A DNA stretch of 64,000 nt. It comes from Callorhinchus milii (taxonomy: Eukaryota). The translations under genes were made by a program, and so were the position numbers. The DNA lies in contig NW_024704742.1 in assembly GCF_018977255.1 (NCBI RefSeq), positions 33,048,001 to 33,112,000 on the forward strand, in the 5' to 3' direction. Below, in pieces: positions 47,745-61,125 of the stretch (position 1 is the first letter of the stretch; each line of letters starts with the position of its first letter). The notes beneath the pieces are model-generated. The model had not been told where the DNA came from and did no database searches. It saw only the letters and a list, made by a program, of their open reading frames with translations.

Positions 47745-48430
47745 GTCCTGTGTGACATCTTCGGTAGTCCAATACCTCTCTCTGAAAGTCGCTGAAACCC
47801 TGGTCCATGCCTTTGTCACCTCTCGGCTGGACTATTCTAACGCCCTCCTCGCCGGTCTCCCATCCACTACCATCCATAAAATCCAGATTATTCAAAACTC
47901 TGCCACCGGCATTCTCACCCGCACCAAACTCCGCTCCCCGATTACCCCAGTCCTTGCCAGACTGCACTGCCTGCCTGTCCCAGAGAGGGTCGACTTCAAG
48001 ATCGTCACCCTTGTCTTCAAATCTCCCCAACAACAACAAGATTCCATTTATAAAGCGCCTTTCACGTCAGGAGGACGTCCCACTCCTCTGCACCCCCATA
48101 TCTCTCTGACCTTCTCTCTCCTCAAAACAGTGCCGATTGCCTTCGTTCCTCTGGGTCTGGCCTCCTCCTTGTCCCCAAGTCCTCCGCTCCACCTTTGGTG
48201 GCCATGCCTTCAGCCACTATGCCCCAAGGCTCTGGAACTCCCTTCCTTACTCCATTCGCCTCGCTCCCTCTCTTCCTATTTTCAGGTCTCTGCTGAAGAC
48301 CGTCCTTTTCGACCGCTCTTTTGGTCACCTTCCTCCCCCTGACTCGGCCCCAGGATCCATTGCTGTGAAGCACTCTGAGACAACATCTGGCGTGGAGGGC
48401 GCTATATAAATCCAAGTTGTTGTTTTTGTT
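47745..48430 (+). mobile_element. L2 3' fragment, second subfamily (different tail loop), with a tail-only insert at 48028-48082
   Basis: [24 protein letters not shown]...[14 protein letters not shown]...APRLWNSLP. Confidence 0.9.
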
Positions 48431-48477
48431 GTCCAATTCGTGAGCCAGGGGTATCTGCATTATTTCAGGGCACTGCT

Positions 48478-48820
48478 GATAATAATAATAATAATCCTTG
48501 CATTTGATATAGTGCCTTATCACGTCTTCGTGTCATCTCAAAGCGCTTCACAGAATATACTGTAAAGTGAATTGACTGTATATTTTGTGGGTAAAATGCG
48601 GCAGCCAATTGTGCAGAGCAGTGTCCCACAAAAACTCGTGGATTGAGTGACCAAATTATTATTGTTTTTTTTGGAAAGGATTATTATCCCTGGAAAGACG
48701 ATCCGCCAATCGATTAACAACTGGGTTCCTACTTACTGCTAGATAAACAGAGGAGTGTGAAGTAAGGAAACTTGCCCAATGTTTTGCGCCGCCCGGGAAT
48801 CAAACCCAAATCCTCTCGCT
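48478..48820 (-). mobile_element. SINE family A, long form, head truncated
   Basis: Homology to other copies. Confidence 0.88.
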
Positions 48821-48834
48821 AATGACCTGCTTCA

Positions 48835-49030
48835 TTGCCAAGACCTGGAAGGGCAGACCTGTTAGTGGGGGCAGGGAGTCATCGCACTCAGCTCCTGTTA
48901 ACCCTGTAAGCCAAAGCCCTAATAGGTAGGGTGGTCCTAGCTGGACAGGCACTGGGAAAGCTTATCAAGGGCAAGCTATGCAGTTTTAGCTGGTTAGACT
49001 CCAGCAGTACCCTAACACACACTCTGGGGT
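48835..49030 (+). repeat. Unclassified interspersed repeat, copy 1
   Basis: Matches the reverse complement of 58630-58830 (AAGCCAAAGCCCTAAT, GGCAAGCTATG, TGGTTAGACTCCAG). Confidence 0.75.
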
Positions 49031-52000
49031 CCCCAAACCTTGGCTCTTGCCAGCCTGTGCCTAATACTCTCTGTGATTCCTGTGAACCCTTTGACACGTC
49101 CTCCCAACATGAAAAGTGCAATATCAGGTTCAAGGTTATGCAAGTGTCTTAAAATTGAACATTGGCATTTGTTATTGTAATGCAAGAGTTGCTTACTTGT
49201 AAGAGGATGAATGAAAATGGGATTGTTTTGGTAACTTTAAAGTCTGATTTTCCGTTTGGAAAGTAAACTTCCTTTATACTAAGTAGTAGTATCTCCCTCT
49301 CTCTCTCCCTCCACCTCACCCCCCTTCCCCATAGCATTAGATCCTGTGAAAAGAAAAAAAGCTGTTTTCCAATTATTTGGTTCACTTCCTCTAGTATTTC
49401 TAAATCTGTAAATAAGTCTGAGAGACAAGCTGGGACTCGTCAGTGTTGATGTTGAGATGCTTCAGAGAGGAACTTATGGGGATTATGTATGATTTGAAAC
49501 AGATTGAGAAGGTAAACTCAGAACAATACTTTCAGATCACCAAGACAGCAGAACGAGAACAGATTTAGGTTTGTAAAAGGCTATTTAAAGACATACACGG
49601 TCTGTCAGACATTTAAAGGCAGTATTTCTTTACCCTGAAGGATACATTTACATACGGTTTGATGCTGTGCTGGCAAGGCTGTAGGGTGGGTGTTTTGGAA
49701 GGATGAGATCAAATGGGCTGAAGGGTCTTCTTAACCTGAACCTCTCTTGTAAGGTCTCTGTTTTAAGTAAAAACACATCAGTTAATGGGAATGTGCTTGT
49801 GCAATGGGTTGGCCTGGTGAGCTAAACACTGCCTGCTACTTTCTGGGATTTAGGTCCAAATACAGATGAAACTCTGTAAAGTCTTTAGGTAAAGCTCTAC
49901 AGAATTATGGAACGAAAAGAGCCAGCACAGACCTGATGGGCCGTATAACCACCTTCTGTGCTGTAGATTTCTGTTTCTATAGCTTTGAACTTTCATTGCT
50001 ATGTGTGGAAGGTTTATTAGGTTGTCTCAGCTGATATCAGCCATGTGAAGGGTTGAGTATATACTGTTCATTGATACGTTAATGCTGAGCAACAAAGCAC
50101 TGTTCTGTTAATGCATTTAAATCTGGTGACAGAATAAGATATTTATCTAACATTTTAGGGTTTAACTTTTCCGGTCAAATCTAAAGTGTGAATGACTACT
50201 TAATGAAATTAAGGTAAGAGCTACAGAAACATTTTAGTTATCTACTGTGTGCAAGAACAGCAGCTTGTTTCTATAATAAGCTTGAACTGTATTAGCAGTC
50301 GATGCTGTGTCAATTTAACACCTAAAAGAAGCTGGATGAATATGTAGGAACGGATTAGTGCTTCTAGGGATTATAGGCCAGCAAATGACCTCAAGCCAAG
50401 ACACTAGGCCTGAAAATCTGAGTGCTCTAAGTCTGAAACATCTGGTGAGTCAGTTGGTGTTTATAATCCACGTGAGATTCCACCTCTCGTAATCCCCTCT
50501 ATTCCTTTCTTCCTCATGTATTTATTAAGCTTCCTCTGTCTGGTTCAACCTTATCTTCCAGCCCTGACTTCCACATTCACACCACCCACTGCATAAAGAA
50601 TTTCCTGCTAAACTCTCTTTTCGATCTACTTCTGCCAATTTTATGTTGATGAGAGAGAGAGTATGAATTGGCCTCATTGCTGTGAGGGCGAGAAGGAAAA
50701 TCAGAAGCTTGTATTTCACTTTAGACTGTTATCGGATGACTCTGCCCCTATAAAGTATACATATAGGGGTGGGATAATGCAATTTTCATTGTGGATTTGA
50801 TGCATCACATTGAACCTGTCATGAAACATTGGGTATTTCATCACATATGGGCGAGAACTGAGGAGTGATTGCATTGCTGATGTGGTGCCTATGGAACCGT
50901 ATCCAAGCACGACAAGAAAAACCTGCAGGGAGGGATAAAACCTACTCTTACCATTTCTGATATAGTCTAGACAGTCTCTTTTTCCATTATTGTGTGAACA
51001 TTACTTTGAATGAAAAATGGGTCTCATAATACTCAGAACTGAAAAAGCTGAACATATCCTTTCAGTCATTCTCCCTCCATTAATTGAACTATTAATATTG
51101 GCAAGTGGGCGGGTGTGTGTGATCCTACAAGGCTAAATAGTACTCAATGCCAAAATGAGTAAAGACATTAATAGGTGTTCAAGATCCTACCTAGGATTAT
51201 GACTCATAGAGTATTAGAGATATTTATCATTTGATCCACATTTGCAAACTGGCTTGTAGGAAATGTGTTCCTCCTACTTAGGTATTCAGAAGTGGCAGGG
51301 AAACAAATCTGAACATTAGTACCTTGTTGCATCTTAGATAATCGTGCATTGTCAAATATGGTTGGTAAACGCTTGCAAAACCACACATTGTACTAATCTA
51401 ATGACTGACCAGCTTTTGTATTGGCTTGACTACACAGTGAACTCATCTTATTTTCTAACTTTTGCTAATTCTGCTACAATTGGAAAGTGGAGCGTTGGGG
51501 AAAGAGAGTGTGGTTTCACCTATTTTTTTTGAATGCTCTTAAACCCCAACTAAATCTTGATACACACCATTTTTATTTGTGTGCTTTGAGATCTCTTTTA
51601 ATGTCAAAGGTACTCTATAACTTTATAAATTTAGATATTAAACCTTATCCCTGCAATATGTCTTTCAGATTTGTTCAAATTAAACTAAGGTTTTTTTGTG
51701 TTTACTGGATTGTTTGTTCATGCCTCAAGTGCACTGATATGCTCTTCAAATACAATTTGGGTAAAGCCTCAAAAGACAAATGACAGAGCAACAGCAACAT
51801 TTTTGATGTAATAGAATGAATGGAAAAGAACAGTTATCTTGTGTACAAATGGTGTGTGTGTGTGATCTGTTTCTACTTGTGGAAAGTTTTGAATGTCCCT
51901 CAGTGTCATTTTGACTCGTGACAAACTATTTAGTTCAACTAATGTTAAATGAAAAGCCTTTTGTGTGTCTTGTTTTTTGTGCAGCTCGAAAATGTAATTT

Positions 52001-54214
52001 GGGTGTTACATGAAAAGGTTTGGAATTAGATTATGCACTTTGGGTGTGCTGTTGATGATGGGCATTATTTTTTTAAAAATTACAGATTGCACGTGAGTTT
52101 AACAGAGTGAAGCAGCTAGCTCAGTTGTTTGCATTCTTTTCTGAATCAGAAATTTGTGAGTTCAAGCCTCACAGCAGGACTTTGAACTCCCAATCTTGGC
52201 TGAGACACCATCACATTGCTGGGAAAACACTGCATATTTGGAGTTGCAGCACTGATTCAGCTAAAAATTAAGGTGGCGAATGGACAACATCTTAAGTCTT
52301 GTTACGTGATTTGAGTCTAGCTTTGATAGATCAATTGAAAATCTTTTCATTCTGTTGATGGAGAGTCCTATGTGAGATAAATTTGGGTTATCTCAACCCA
52401 GTTCATAGCCTTAGCTCTGAGTCTGCAGCATAAAAGCTGCCTGCAATTTGGTTTTGAATTGTCCTTTCCAGAAGCCTCAGTATTGGCTGGTGCTCAAAGC
52501 AAATAACAGATTGTCGCAATAAGGACAGCTCTTCCGAGGTTTGGGTCAAAGTGCATCGATGGAGATTTTTCTCTCTGACCTGATACCAATATTCAATGCT
52601 TAATAGGAAGCAAATTCTATTCTTCAGCACTGCAATTTCAAATCTTAAAAGAACAATGTCTTGTATGATTAAGATGCCAGACTAGAGCCGGATAAAGTCT
52701 CAAAAGCATGACTTATTCACTTGTATGTGATTTACTATTGCATAATGTTTCTCCATGTAAGATTGTAATCTCTTAAAGTAGTAAAACCTACACAAAATAC
52801 AGTTTTACAGTGGTCAGAGATTGTCAGTATAAATGTTGAAAAATAATGTTATTCATTTAAAAGCCCCAGTGAGAAAGATTAATTCAAAGGAAGTGGGTAA
52901 TAAGTTTAGCACTTTTGATAAACACAGCATTCAGTTAATGAGGAAATCAGCTTTATTTAAATTGCCTTCACATCCTGAATGTTGTTTGACATCTGTGTAC
53001 ATGTATGTTGCTTCCAGGCTGTTGGAGATAGAACCAAAAAGGATTAAACTCCAGTTTTAAGTTATTTTATTTCTGAAAACTGACATGAGTTGTTCTTAAA
53101 ATTAAACACTTTTGTAGAAGTGCATGCTGAATCTGACTGCTTTTGATACTGTAAACTGATCCACTTGTATAGTAATCAATACAGCAGTTAATGCTCTCTG
53201 TGGCCTGGCTGTGCGACTGTTTGGAGTTCTGTGCACATCTACACTGGATAGCATCTGAACAATGTTTGCATTTGAGCAGTCTAGCCATTATAGGTACATT
53301 TATGATGCCTCTTGTGTTGTTGCTAGAGGAGGTAACCATCTTGTCACTCTGAAGATAATAATAATGCTGAAGGTGAATGAGGATCCCTCAACTAATGTTG
53401 TAAGTTTTGTGAGTAATTAGTGCTTTAAAATGTTCAGGGTTCTTCTAATTCATTTTTGTAGAAAATTCACTGCTGTCTTTCTTTTTCTCTCCTCTCCCAG
53501 TAGAACTCTCTTGCAAGATGCAGATCATAGTATCCCATTTTAATGCATTTTTAGAGTCAATGCTATTTTTGCATCAAATCGATTCTAGTTTTAGAACTAT
53601 AGATTTCTGAGTCATGTTCCCAAAATCACCTCCAGCAGGTAACTTGAAATGAAATGCTTTTGTGCTGATATGAACAAAGATTTAAATGTAATTGTTTTTT
53701 CCTTTATTTTATTGTTCCTGAGCTGATCATAATTAGGGTCTAGTTAGTAGAACAGTATAAGTACTTAGTTAGACATGCACAGGACTTACCTCAGCCCGAA
53801 TCTGGAGTGCGTTCCTGAATTGCTGCATTATGTAAATGTCTCTCAACAGTATGAAAGGATAAGATGGCAGCGAGTGCCATTCAGTGTAAGACTCTGAGCA
53901 TGTCTCCACTTGTATAAACCAATTATATAATTCCGGGTGTTTGAAGTGATAGCAAGTGATGACCACTTGAGTTGAACAGTGAGTGCAGAACTCGAGAATA
54001 CAGTTTCAATATAGCTCCAAGAAATAAATTGAAGGGAGAACGTTAGTAAAGAAATCTAAGCGGAGAATGTAAATTAATGTGCAGCTTCACTTACAATGAG
54101 GTCTGATTTATGGTATTTCATAATATTGTTGGACTTAACAAGACTATTAACAAGACTATTTTTCAAAATAACTACCTCCAGAGAATATCCAGAATAATAC
54201 TTTATGATGCACCA

Positions 54215-54470
54215 AGACAGTAGAACCAAGAGGACATAAGTTTAGTGTTGCAAAGGGTAATTTCAGGACAGACAAAAGTTTTCTTCACCCAGAGGGTATT
54301 TAATGACTAGAACAGATTGCCAGGAAGGAAGCTTAAGGCCAGGATACTGGACTGACTTGTTTTTTTTAAAAAGAGCTTGATATGGTGATGGGAAGATGGT
54401 AGACTGGATGTTTTGGAAAGATGAGATCAGATGGGCTAAAGGGCTTTCTTCCAAATCAATCTTGTGGTAA
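54215..54470 (+). mobile_element. Old CR1 3' end (relatives at about 2620-2830, 22560-22900 and 49430-49745)
   Basis: RTRGH/FFTQRV-like segment. GATGAGATCARATGGGYYRAAGGG is shared by the 2780, 49700 and 54420 copies. Confidence 0.6.
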
Positions 54471-55824
54471 TGGATCTTAGTTGCAAAAATAGGAGCTCTT
54501 TGCAAAAAACTAAAGTATATCGCACTGATCCTCTGTACTCTGGACTTCTTCTGGTGGAGATCCTGCAGGTTGACAGAAATCCCATTTGACATTGCTGCAT
54601 TTTGGATCCCAGCGTGTTGAGCCTTATTTTCATTCAATGCAGTTTTTAATTTAGGCTTGTAAGTGACCGACAACCACTTTGAAAGTCATTAAAATGATTC
54701 AGAAAGGGTGCATAGGCAGGAAGTCGGTTTTGTATTTTAACATAAGTTGTGCTCCTTTCACTCTTTGCATTATGCAGAACCAATGCAAATTTTTGACGGT
54801 GTGCTTTTGGGGAGAACACAGTTGTCACAAGATACACAGATAAGATATGCAAAACCATACAGTGAGCTTCATTTGAATATATTTTTTGTAGCACAATTCA
54901 CACAAGCCATGTGTGTGAAATTTTTTACGTCTGAAATAATACGAACTTTAAAAGCACTCTTTCAAGTTTTGGGGGAAATTATTAAAACAAGTTCAGCACC
55001 ATCCCTGCAAAATCCACCACCTTCAGGGAGAGAATGTCACTGCAGATTTCAGATATAAATTCAAATTTACAGAATGCATTGCTATTTCAAAGAGCTGTAT
55101 TGATCCTTATTGTGCATGAATATTAGTCTGTTTGCAGGCAAAATTGTATACATACGGTATATGTCAGCCGAGATACAATACAGGACGTTTTTGTTTGTAA
55201 AGTAGTAGGCATGGATGGGACTACTATGTGGTGATAAGGTGGAAATCAATCATTTCTGAGACCCCAAAGTGGGTAAGGAACCCCCTGACTAATAGCACTT
55301 CACGATTGGTTACAGGCTAATGTGTTTTCTTGATTTGCCCACTTTTTGTCCTATACAGAAACTCCCCTAACATTGTTGTTCGTGAATGTCTGGCAGTTTT
55401 TTTTGTTACTGCTTGTTTGTTTAAGACTGACAAAAAAGCATGTCTAGAGTGGGAAAAGAAAGGGGCAGTTTATTTTAAACTGATCATAAATTACCTCTGG
55501 TCTACATTCCAATTGTGACTCAGATGCTGGGTTGCATCCATCATTATCACTTGGAAAGAGGCTCTATACGTAGGTACACAGGATCAGATATGAAACTCGT
55601 CCCAGTTCTTGCCACCCCATGGAGAAACATTTGACGACTCAGTGTTTTATCTGAGAATAGGAAGTGAAATAATTTGGAGGTGATAAAACTGCCAAACTGC
55701 TGTGAAAGAACAAGATATGTTGCTCTTGAGAGACGGCTGCAATTGTCACTGTTGTCTGGGAAGTTAAAAGAGAGCCACAAATGGTGCAGGGGAAGCTGTA
55801 TCCAGTGGTTAAAATTGAGCATTA

Positions 55825-56450
55825 AGCATTAAGCATTCGACTTCCCATCTCTTCCGTCCACAAGCTGCAGAATATTCACAACTCTGCAGCACGTGTCCTC
55901 TTCCACACTAAGCTCAGCCTCTCAACACCCCCCTCCCCATTGGAACTCAACCCTAGAGCCCCTCCGTTTCGTCCCCTCGCTTGTCTCTTTCAATGCCCGT
56001 CTCAGGACCTTCTTCTTTAACTGTGCCTTTGGTCATCTTCCCACCTCCATAGTAAGGCTGCTTGTAATGAAAGCACGGATGAGGGTCTCAGCGGCCTGAG
56101 GGGAGAGATAGTGGTGGAGAGGGGAGGCAATGTTGCGGAGCTGGGGAGGAGGCAGAACCGGTCATAACAACAACAACAACTTGGATTTATATAGCGGCCT
56201 TCACGCCGGACGGCGTCGCAGAGCGCTTCACAGTAACGGATCCTGGGGCCGAGCCAGGGGGAAGGGGAAGAAGGTGACCAAAGGCGTGGTCGAAAAGAAA
56301 GGTCTTCAGCCGATGTGGGACGCCCATGGGAATTAAAAGACAGTTGAGAGTCGAACAAGACACCAAGGTTCCATACTGGCTCAGTGAGTTGGAGAGTGCG
56401 TCCAAAAATAGTGATGCTGTGCACTGCCGCCAGGGGCACCCAAGGTAGAA
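55825..56450. mobile_element. Cluster of L2 fragments on both strands; second-subfamily tail at 56165-56310 (-)
   Basis: VWNLGVLFDSQLSF and LKTFLFDHAF motifs; tail resembles 48300-48430. Confidence 0.75.
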
Positions 56451-56597
56451 TGTTGGGCATTTTTTTATTGTCAGATGGGGGGCTGACACATATGGAAACC
56501 TATCACCAGGCTTAGAGTATTGAAACCATCGAGGCATGGAAACTTCTCTGGACTGGACTGGAATGTGCACTCTCTCCTTGGAGGCACACATCCTGCT

Positions 56598-56833
56598 TAA
56601 TAATCCTTGCATTCGATAGAGCGCTTTTTCGCATCTTCTAGACGTCTCAAAGCACTTCACAGAATATGCTGTAAAGTGAATTGACTTTATATTTTGTGGG
56701 CGCAATGCGGCAGCCAGTTGCGCACAGCAGCCTCCCACAAACGGTTGTGGATTGAAGTGACCACTTATTATTGTTTTTTTTCTTGAGGGATTATTATCAG
56801 GCTAGTGGAGAAAGGAAACTTGCCCAAGGTTTC
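56598..56833 (-). mobile_element. SINE family A, short form, interrupted by CR1 (remnant at 58615-58630)
   Basis: Stops at AAGGTTTC and resumes as GTTTCGCCCTG after the CR1. Confidence 0.8.
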
Positions 56834-58614
56834 ATAACATAACATGTAGGAGCAGGAGTAGGCCATTCGGCACTTCGAGCCTGCCCTGCCATTCAATCAT
56901 GGCTGATCTTCTAATCTAACTCCAGCTAATAACCTAACCCTGCCTTATCCCCATATCCCTTAATCCCTTTTGCAATAAGAAATCTATTTATCTCAGTCTT
57001 GAATATGTTCAAGGACTGAGCGTCAACAGCCCTTTGGGGTAGTGAGTTCCATACATTCACCACCCTTTGAAGAAGTTCTTCCTCAACTCAGTGCGAAAGG
57101 GCTAGCCTCTGATTTTAAGGTTGTGACCCCTGGTTTTAGTTTCTCCAAACAAGGGAAACAATCTCCCACTGTCTGCTCTATCATGCCCTTTGATGATCTT
57201 ATAGGTTTCTATAAGATCCCATCTAATTCTTCTATATTCTAGAGAATATAGGCCCAAATTGGTCAGCCTATCCTCTTAACTCATCCTCTTCATCCCTGGT
57301 ACTAACCTAGTAAATCTACGCTGCACCCCCCCCAAGGCAAGTACATCCTTCCTTAAATAAGGAGACCAAAACTGCACACAGTATTCCAGATGTGGTCTCA
57401 CCAGGGCCGTGTACAGTTGCAGCAAGACTTCCCTACTCTTATACTCTAATCCTTTCATAATGAATGCTAACATACCGTTCGCCTTCCTAATTGCTGCTGC
57501 ACCTGCAGACTAACTTTCTGTGATTGGTGTACAAGGACACCCGAGTCCCTCTGGACGCTAACACATTCCAATCTCTCCCCTTCTAAAAAATAACCCGCTC
57601 TACTGTTTTTGCTACCTAGGTGGATGACTTCGCACTTCCCTACATTATACTTCATCTGCCACCTACCTGCCCAATCACCTAACCTATCTATGTCTTGCTG
57701 CATTTTTTTAATGTCATCCTCTGTGGTGACACTTCCTCCTAGTTTTGTGTCATCCGGGAATTTAGATATATTAACTTTGATGTCCTCATCTAGATCGTTG
57801 ATGTAGATGGTAAATAGCTGAGGCCCAAGGACTGATCCTTGTGGCACTCCACTAGTCACATCCCGCCAATCTGAAAAGGACCTGTTTATCCCTAATTATT
57901 TGTTTCCTACCTGTTAACCATTCCCCAATCCACGTTAATATGCTCTCCCCAATTCCATGGGCCCTTATCTTTTGGACTAACCTTTTATGCGGCACCTTAT
58001 CGAATGCCTTCTGGAAGTCCAAATAGACCACATCCAGTGATTCAACCTTATCCAGTTCACTTGAAATATCCTCAAAAAACTCTATGAGATTTGTCAAATA
58101 TGACTTCCCTTTTGCAAAGCCATGTTGACTTGGCCTAACTATATTGTGCTCCCCTAAATACCGCTATACCACATTGTTAATCAATGATTCTAAAATTTTC
58201 CCTATCACTGATGTAAGGTTAACTGGCCTATAGTTCCCTATCTTTTCCTTTCCATCTTTTTTAAATAGTGGTGTGACCTTTGCGATCTTCCTATCCATGG
58301 AGACTGTTCCAGAATCCAAGGAATTTTGGAAAATCAGACATAAGGCCTCCACTATCTCATAAGCTACCTCTTTTAAAACCCTGGGATGCAAGCCATCTGG
58401 ACCAGGGGATTTGTCACTTTTTAGTGCTAACAGTTTCCCTAGCACCAATTCTCTACTAATGAAAATTTCCCTAAGTTGCTCCCTGTCCTTATCCCCTTGG
58501 TGCATCTCTATTGTTGGCAGACTTGTTGTGTCTTCCAGAGTGAAGACAGATGCAAAGTACCCATTTAGGGACACTGCCATGTCCTTATCCCCCACTGCAA
58601 CTTCTCCCGTCTGT
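56833..58614 (-). mobile_element. 5'-truncated CR1 LINE (frameshifted ORF2 reverse transcriptase)
   Basis: [73 protein letters not shown] and LYTALVRPHLEYCVQFWSP across several frames; (TTATG)n 3' end. Confidence 0.95.
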
Positions 58615-58629
58615 GTTTCGCCCTGTCTG

Positions 58630-58830
58630 GAGAGTGTTAGGTATAAGCTCAGGATACTACTGGAGTCTAACCAACTAAAACCACATAGCTTGCCATTGAA
58701 AACATTGTCTGGCAAGCTATCACACTGCTTGTTTAGTTAGGACCACTCTACTAATTAGGGCTTTGGCTTGTAGGGTTAAGAGGAACTGAGTGGGAGGATT
58801 CCCTGCCCTCAATGACTGGTCTGGCACTCC
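58630..58830 (-). repeat. Unclassified interspersed repeat, copy 2
   Basis: Reverse-complement match to 48835-49030. Confidence 0.75.
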
Positions 58831-59504
58831 AATACTACCAATGAGCCAACTTGGCTGATGTGTCATCAGCAGTGCCCTGGAGTACTGGGGACCCGCCCAG
58901 GTCTAGAAACGGACAACCGAGACCACCACAGAGGATTGGCTTGATTCTGACATTCTGTTTCCAAGCTCCAAGGAGACTTTACTTCCCTCCTCCCCAGTTT
59001 AGGGAAACTGGCGAATTGTAACACAATGGTAACTGGTTGGTTGAGCTCTGTCAATTCAGCAGAGTATCAATCTGAAAATCTTTCTGGTCTGTATGACGCT
59101 GCCTCGCTGAGTAATGTATTCACTCGCTTAGTCATCAGGGAAAATCAAATCTTACATTCTGTCCTCTTGAAGTGCTAAACAAAGTTTTTTTTTACCTTTC
59201 ACCTGAAAGAGAAAGGGTCGTAGGCATTGACAGTTTACAAAATAATTTGGGTGTATTTTGATCTTTTGCTTCTGTGTTGACTCAGATATGAGGTACAGAT
59301 TCCAAGTAATTTGTGTTCATTGTTCTGCCATGGTTGGTGTGGGCCAGTGAATTGATGCGGGCGATTTGACGCAAAAGAAATTGAAATACTGACAGACCAG
59401 TCACCCACAATAGTGTACTAAAAAGTGGAAGTCGATATTGCTCTGGATACATTACAGTTACAGATTCTTTAAAAAAAACACATTATACTTATCGTATCTG
59501 ATGG

Positions 59505-59715
59505 CAGTGCCTGAGCTCATTACAAAATCACTGAGTTAGGAAGGGAAAGATTCATCCACGGCTTCTATTTGAATTGCACCGCAGCGACTCCTACTAGATG
59601 TTTTCTGTGTGGATGTCAGATGAAGGGAGGACAAGCTTCATTTGGCTGGGCTGGCCCTGCAGTTGAATGAAGCTCATACATAAAAAATGCCCAACTAAAT
59701 ATGCTACTGCAAGAG
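59505..59715 (+). mobile_element. AmnSINE2-like relic (a head-like piece also at about 58990-59140, -)
   Basis: GTTAGGAAGGGAAA, GTGTGGATGTCAGATGA and GCTCATACATAAAAAATG. Confidence 0.45.
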
Positions 59716-61125
59716 TCCAGCTGATTTCAGAAGAGTGAAAGGGAGAAAATCAGTTAAGTGAGGGTGAGGAAACCTTGGCTGAAAACAGGGCTAAAAATTT
59801 TTGCAACCATTCATTTGTGTTTGTTTAATGGCGGCAGTGTACTACTTGTTTCTATTTGTGAAGAAGTTTGAAGTTGATTCACTCTTGTTATTTGTAGTTA
59901 TGCTCTTTGCTTCTTCCGTAGTTACACTTTCCAAAATATGGCTTGGTGTTAATGGGGTGTTTTTATAAAAGATATTCAGAACCTTCTGCCCATCCCTTGA
60001 CTCCCTCCACTCCACCATCAATGGCTATGCTTTCAGCCACTATTCTCCGAACCTCTGGAACTCCCTGACTCAATCCCTTTGCGTTGTCCCCAGATCGCAC
60101 CTGAAGACTTTTCTCTTCAAGCTTACATATGGAAACCACCCTTTTCTCCCTGGCTCGGGGTTAAACTACTCCATTGTTAAGTGCTACAAGATTTGTGAAC
60201 CTGCTACATATATGCAAGTTGTTATTGTTGAATTAAGGCAGGTTTGTAGTGTGATGGAATGTGAAATGAATGTAACTTTATTACAGTACATGCAATGAAA
60301 TGCAACTGTGTTCTTGTTTATAAACTTATATTATTGATCAGGGCAATATTTTACTGCAATATTACTGAATAAAATACGCCAGATGATCTTAATCCCCTCT
60401 TCCTCGGTTGGACCCAGCAAGCAAAAATCAATTAAATTTATCTTGGGAAGTGAGCGGGTGGTGGGGGTGAGATCTGTCTCACCCTTCCTGTTATTACCTG
60501 GTGTTGCTCAGATCATTCTTCAGTTTAACTGCCCTCCAGAGAACACATTGACGCAGAACAATCCTAGCCAAGATGTTGAAGGCCGCTGATCGATCAACAC
60601 TGAATTATTAGAATTAATTTCGCTCTTTGAAATCTGAGTCCTTTCAGTTTCTACTTTGTCAGCTTCTAGTAATGTTAAATTTTAATTGTGAGTCATGGGC
60701 AGCACCACACCACCATGATTTTTGTGTAGCCTGGCTGTTAATGTTTTATTTGTTTCTTGCCTGGACCTCAATCAAAGGAATAATAGCATAGATAAGAAAG
60801 CTTGCAACGTGACTACCACAGTATTATTGTAAATTCCAGCCACGAGAGAGGTTTTTAACCTATTTTGTAGAAAATTTGTGTTCCAGGATTGATCAGCTAA
60901 TAAGGAACTCTAGCTGATCTCTGGAGGACAGTTAAAGTGAAGAATGATCTGAGCAACACTAGGTGAATCTTCCCAGCCCAAGAATAGTTTATGTGTTGAT
61001 TGGACTAGAGTCGTCGGGCCCTATCCAATGCGAAAATGATTCCCAGGACTGTGAATTTCTTCCCTCAAGAGAATAACAATGGTGTTCCAGATCTAAATAG
61101 AAATTTCCTCTTCCTGGAATGGGAG

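Noticed and set aside
47683..48342. 219-aa ORF
   Set aside because: L2 ORF2 fragment interrupted by a tail insert; no intact element.
58164..58715. 183-aa ORF as a new fusion protein
   Set aside because: Accidental read-through from an adjacent repeat into a truncated CR1 ORF2 that has downstream frameshifts and FPDD at the catalytic motif.
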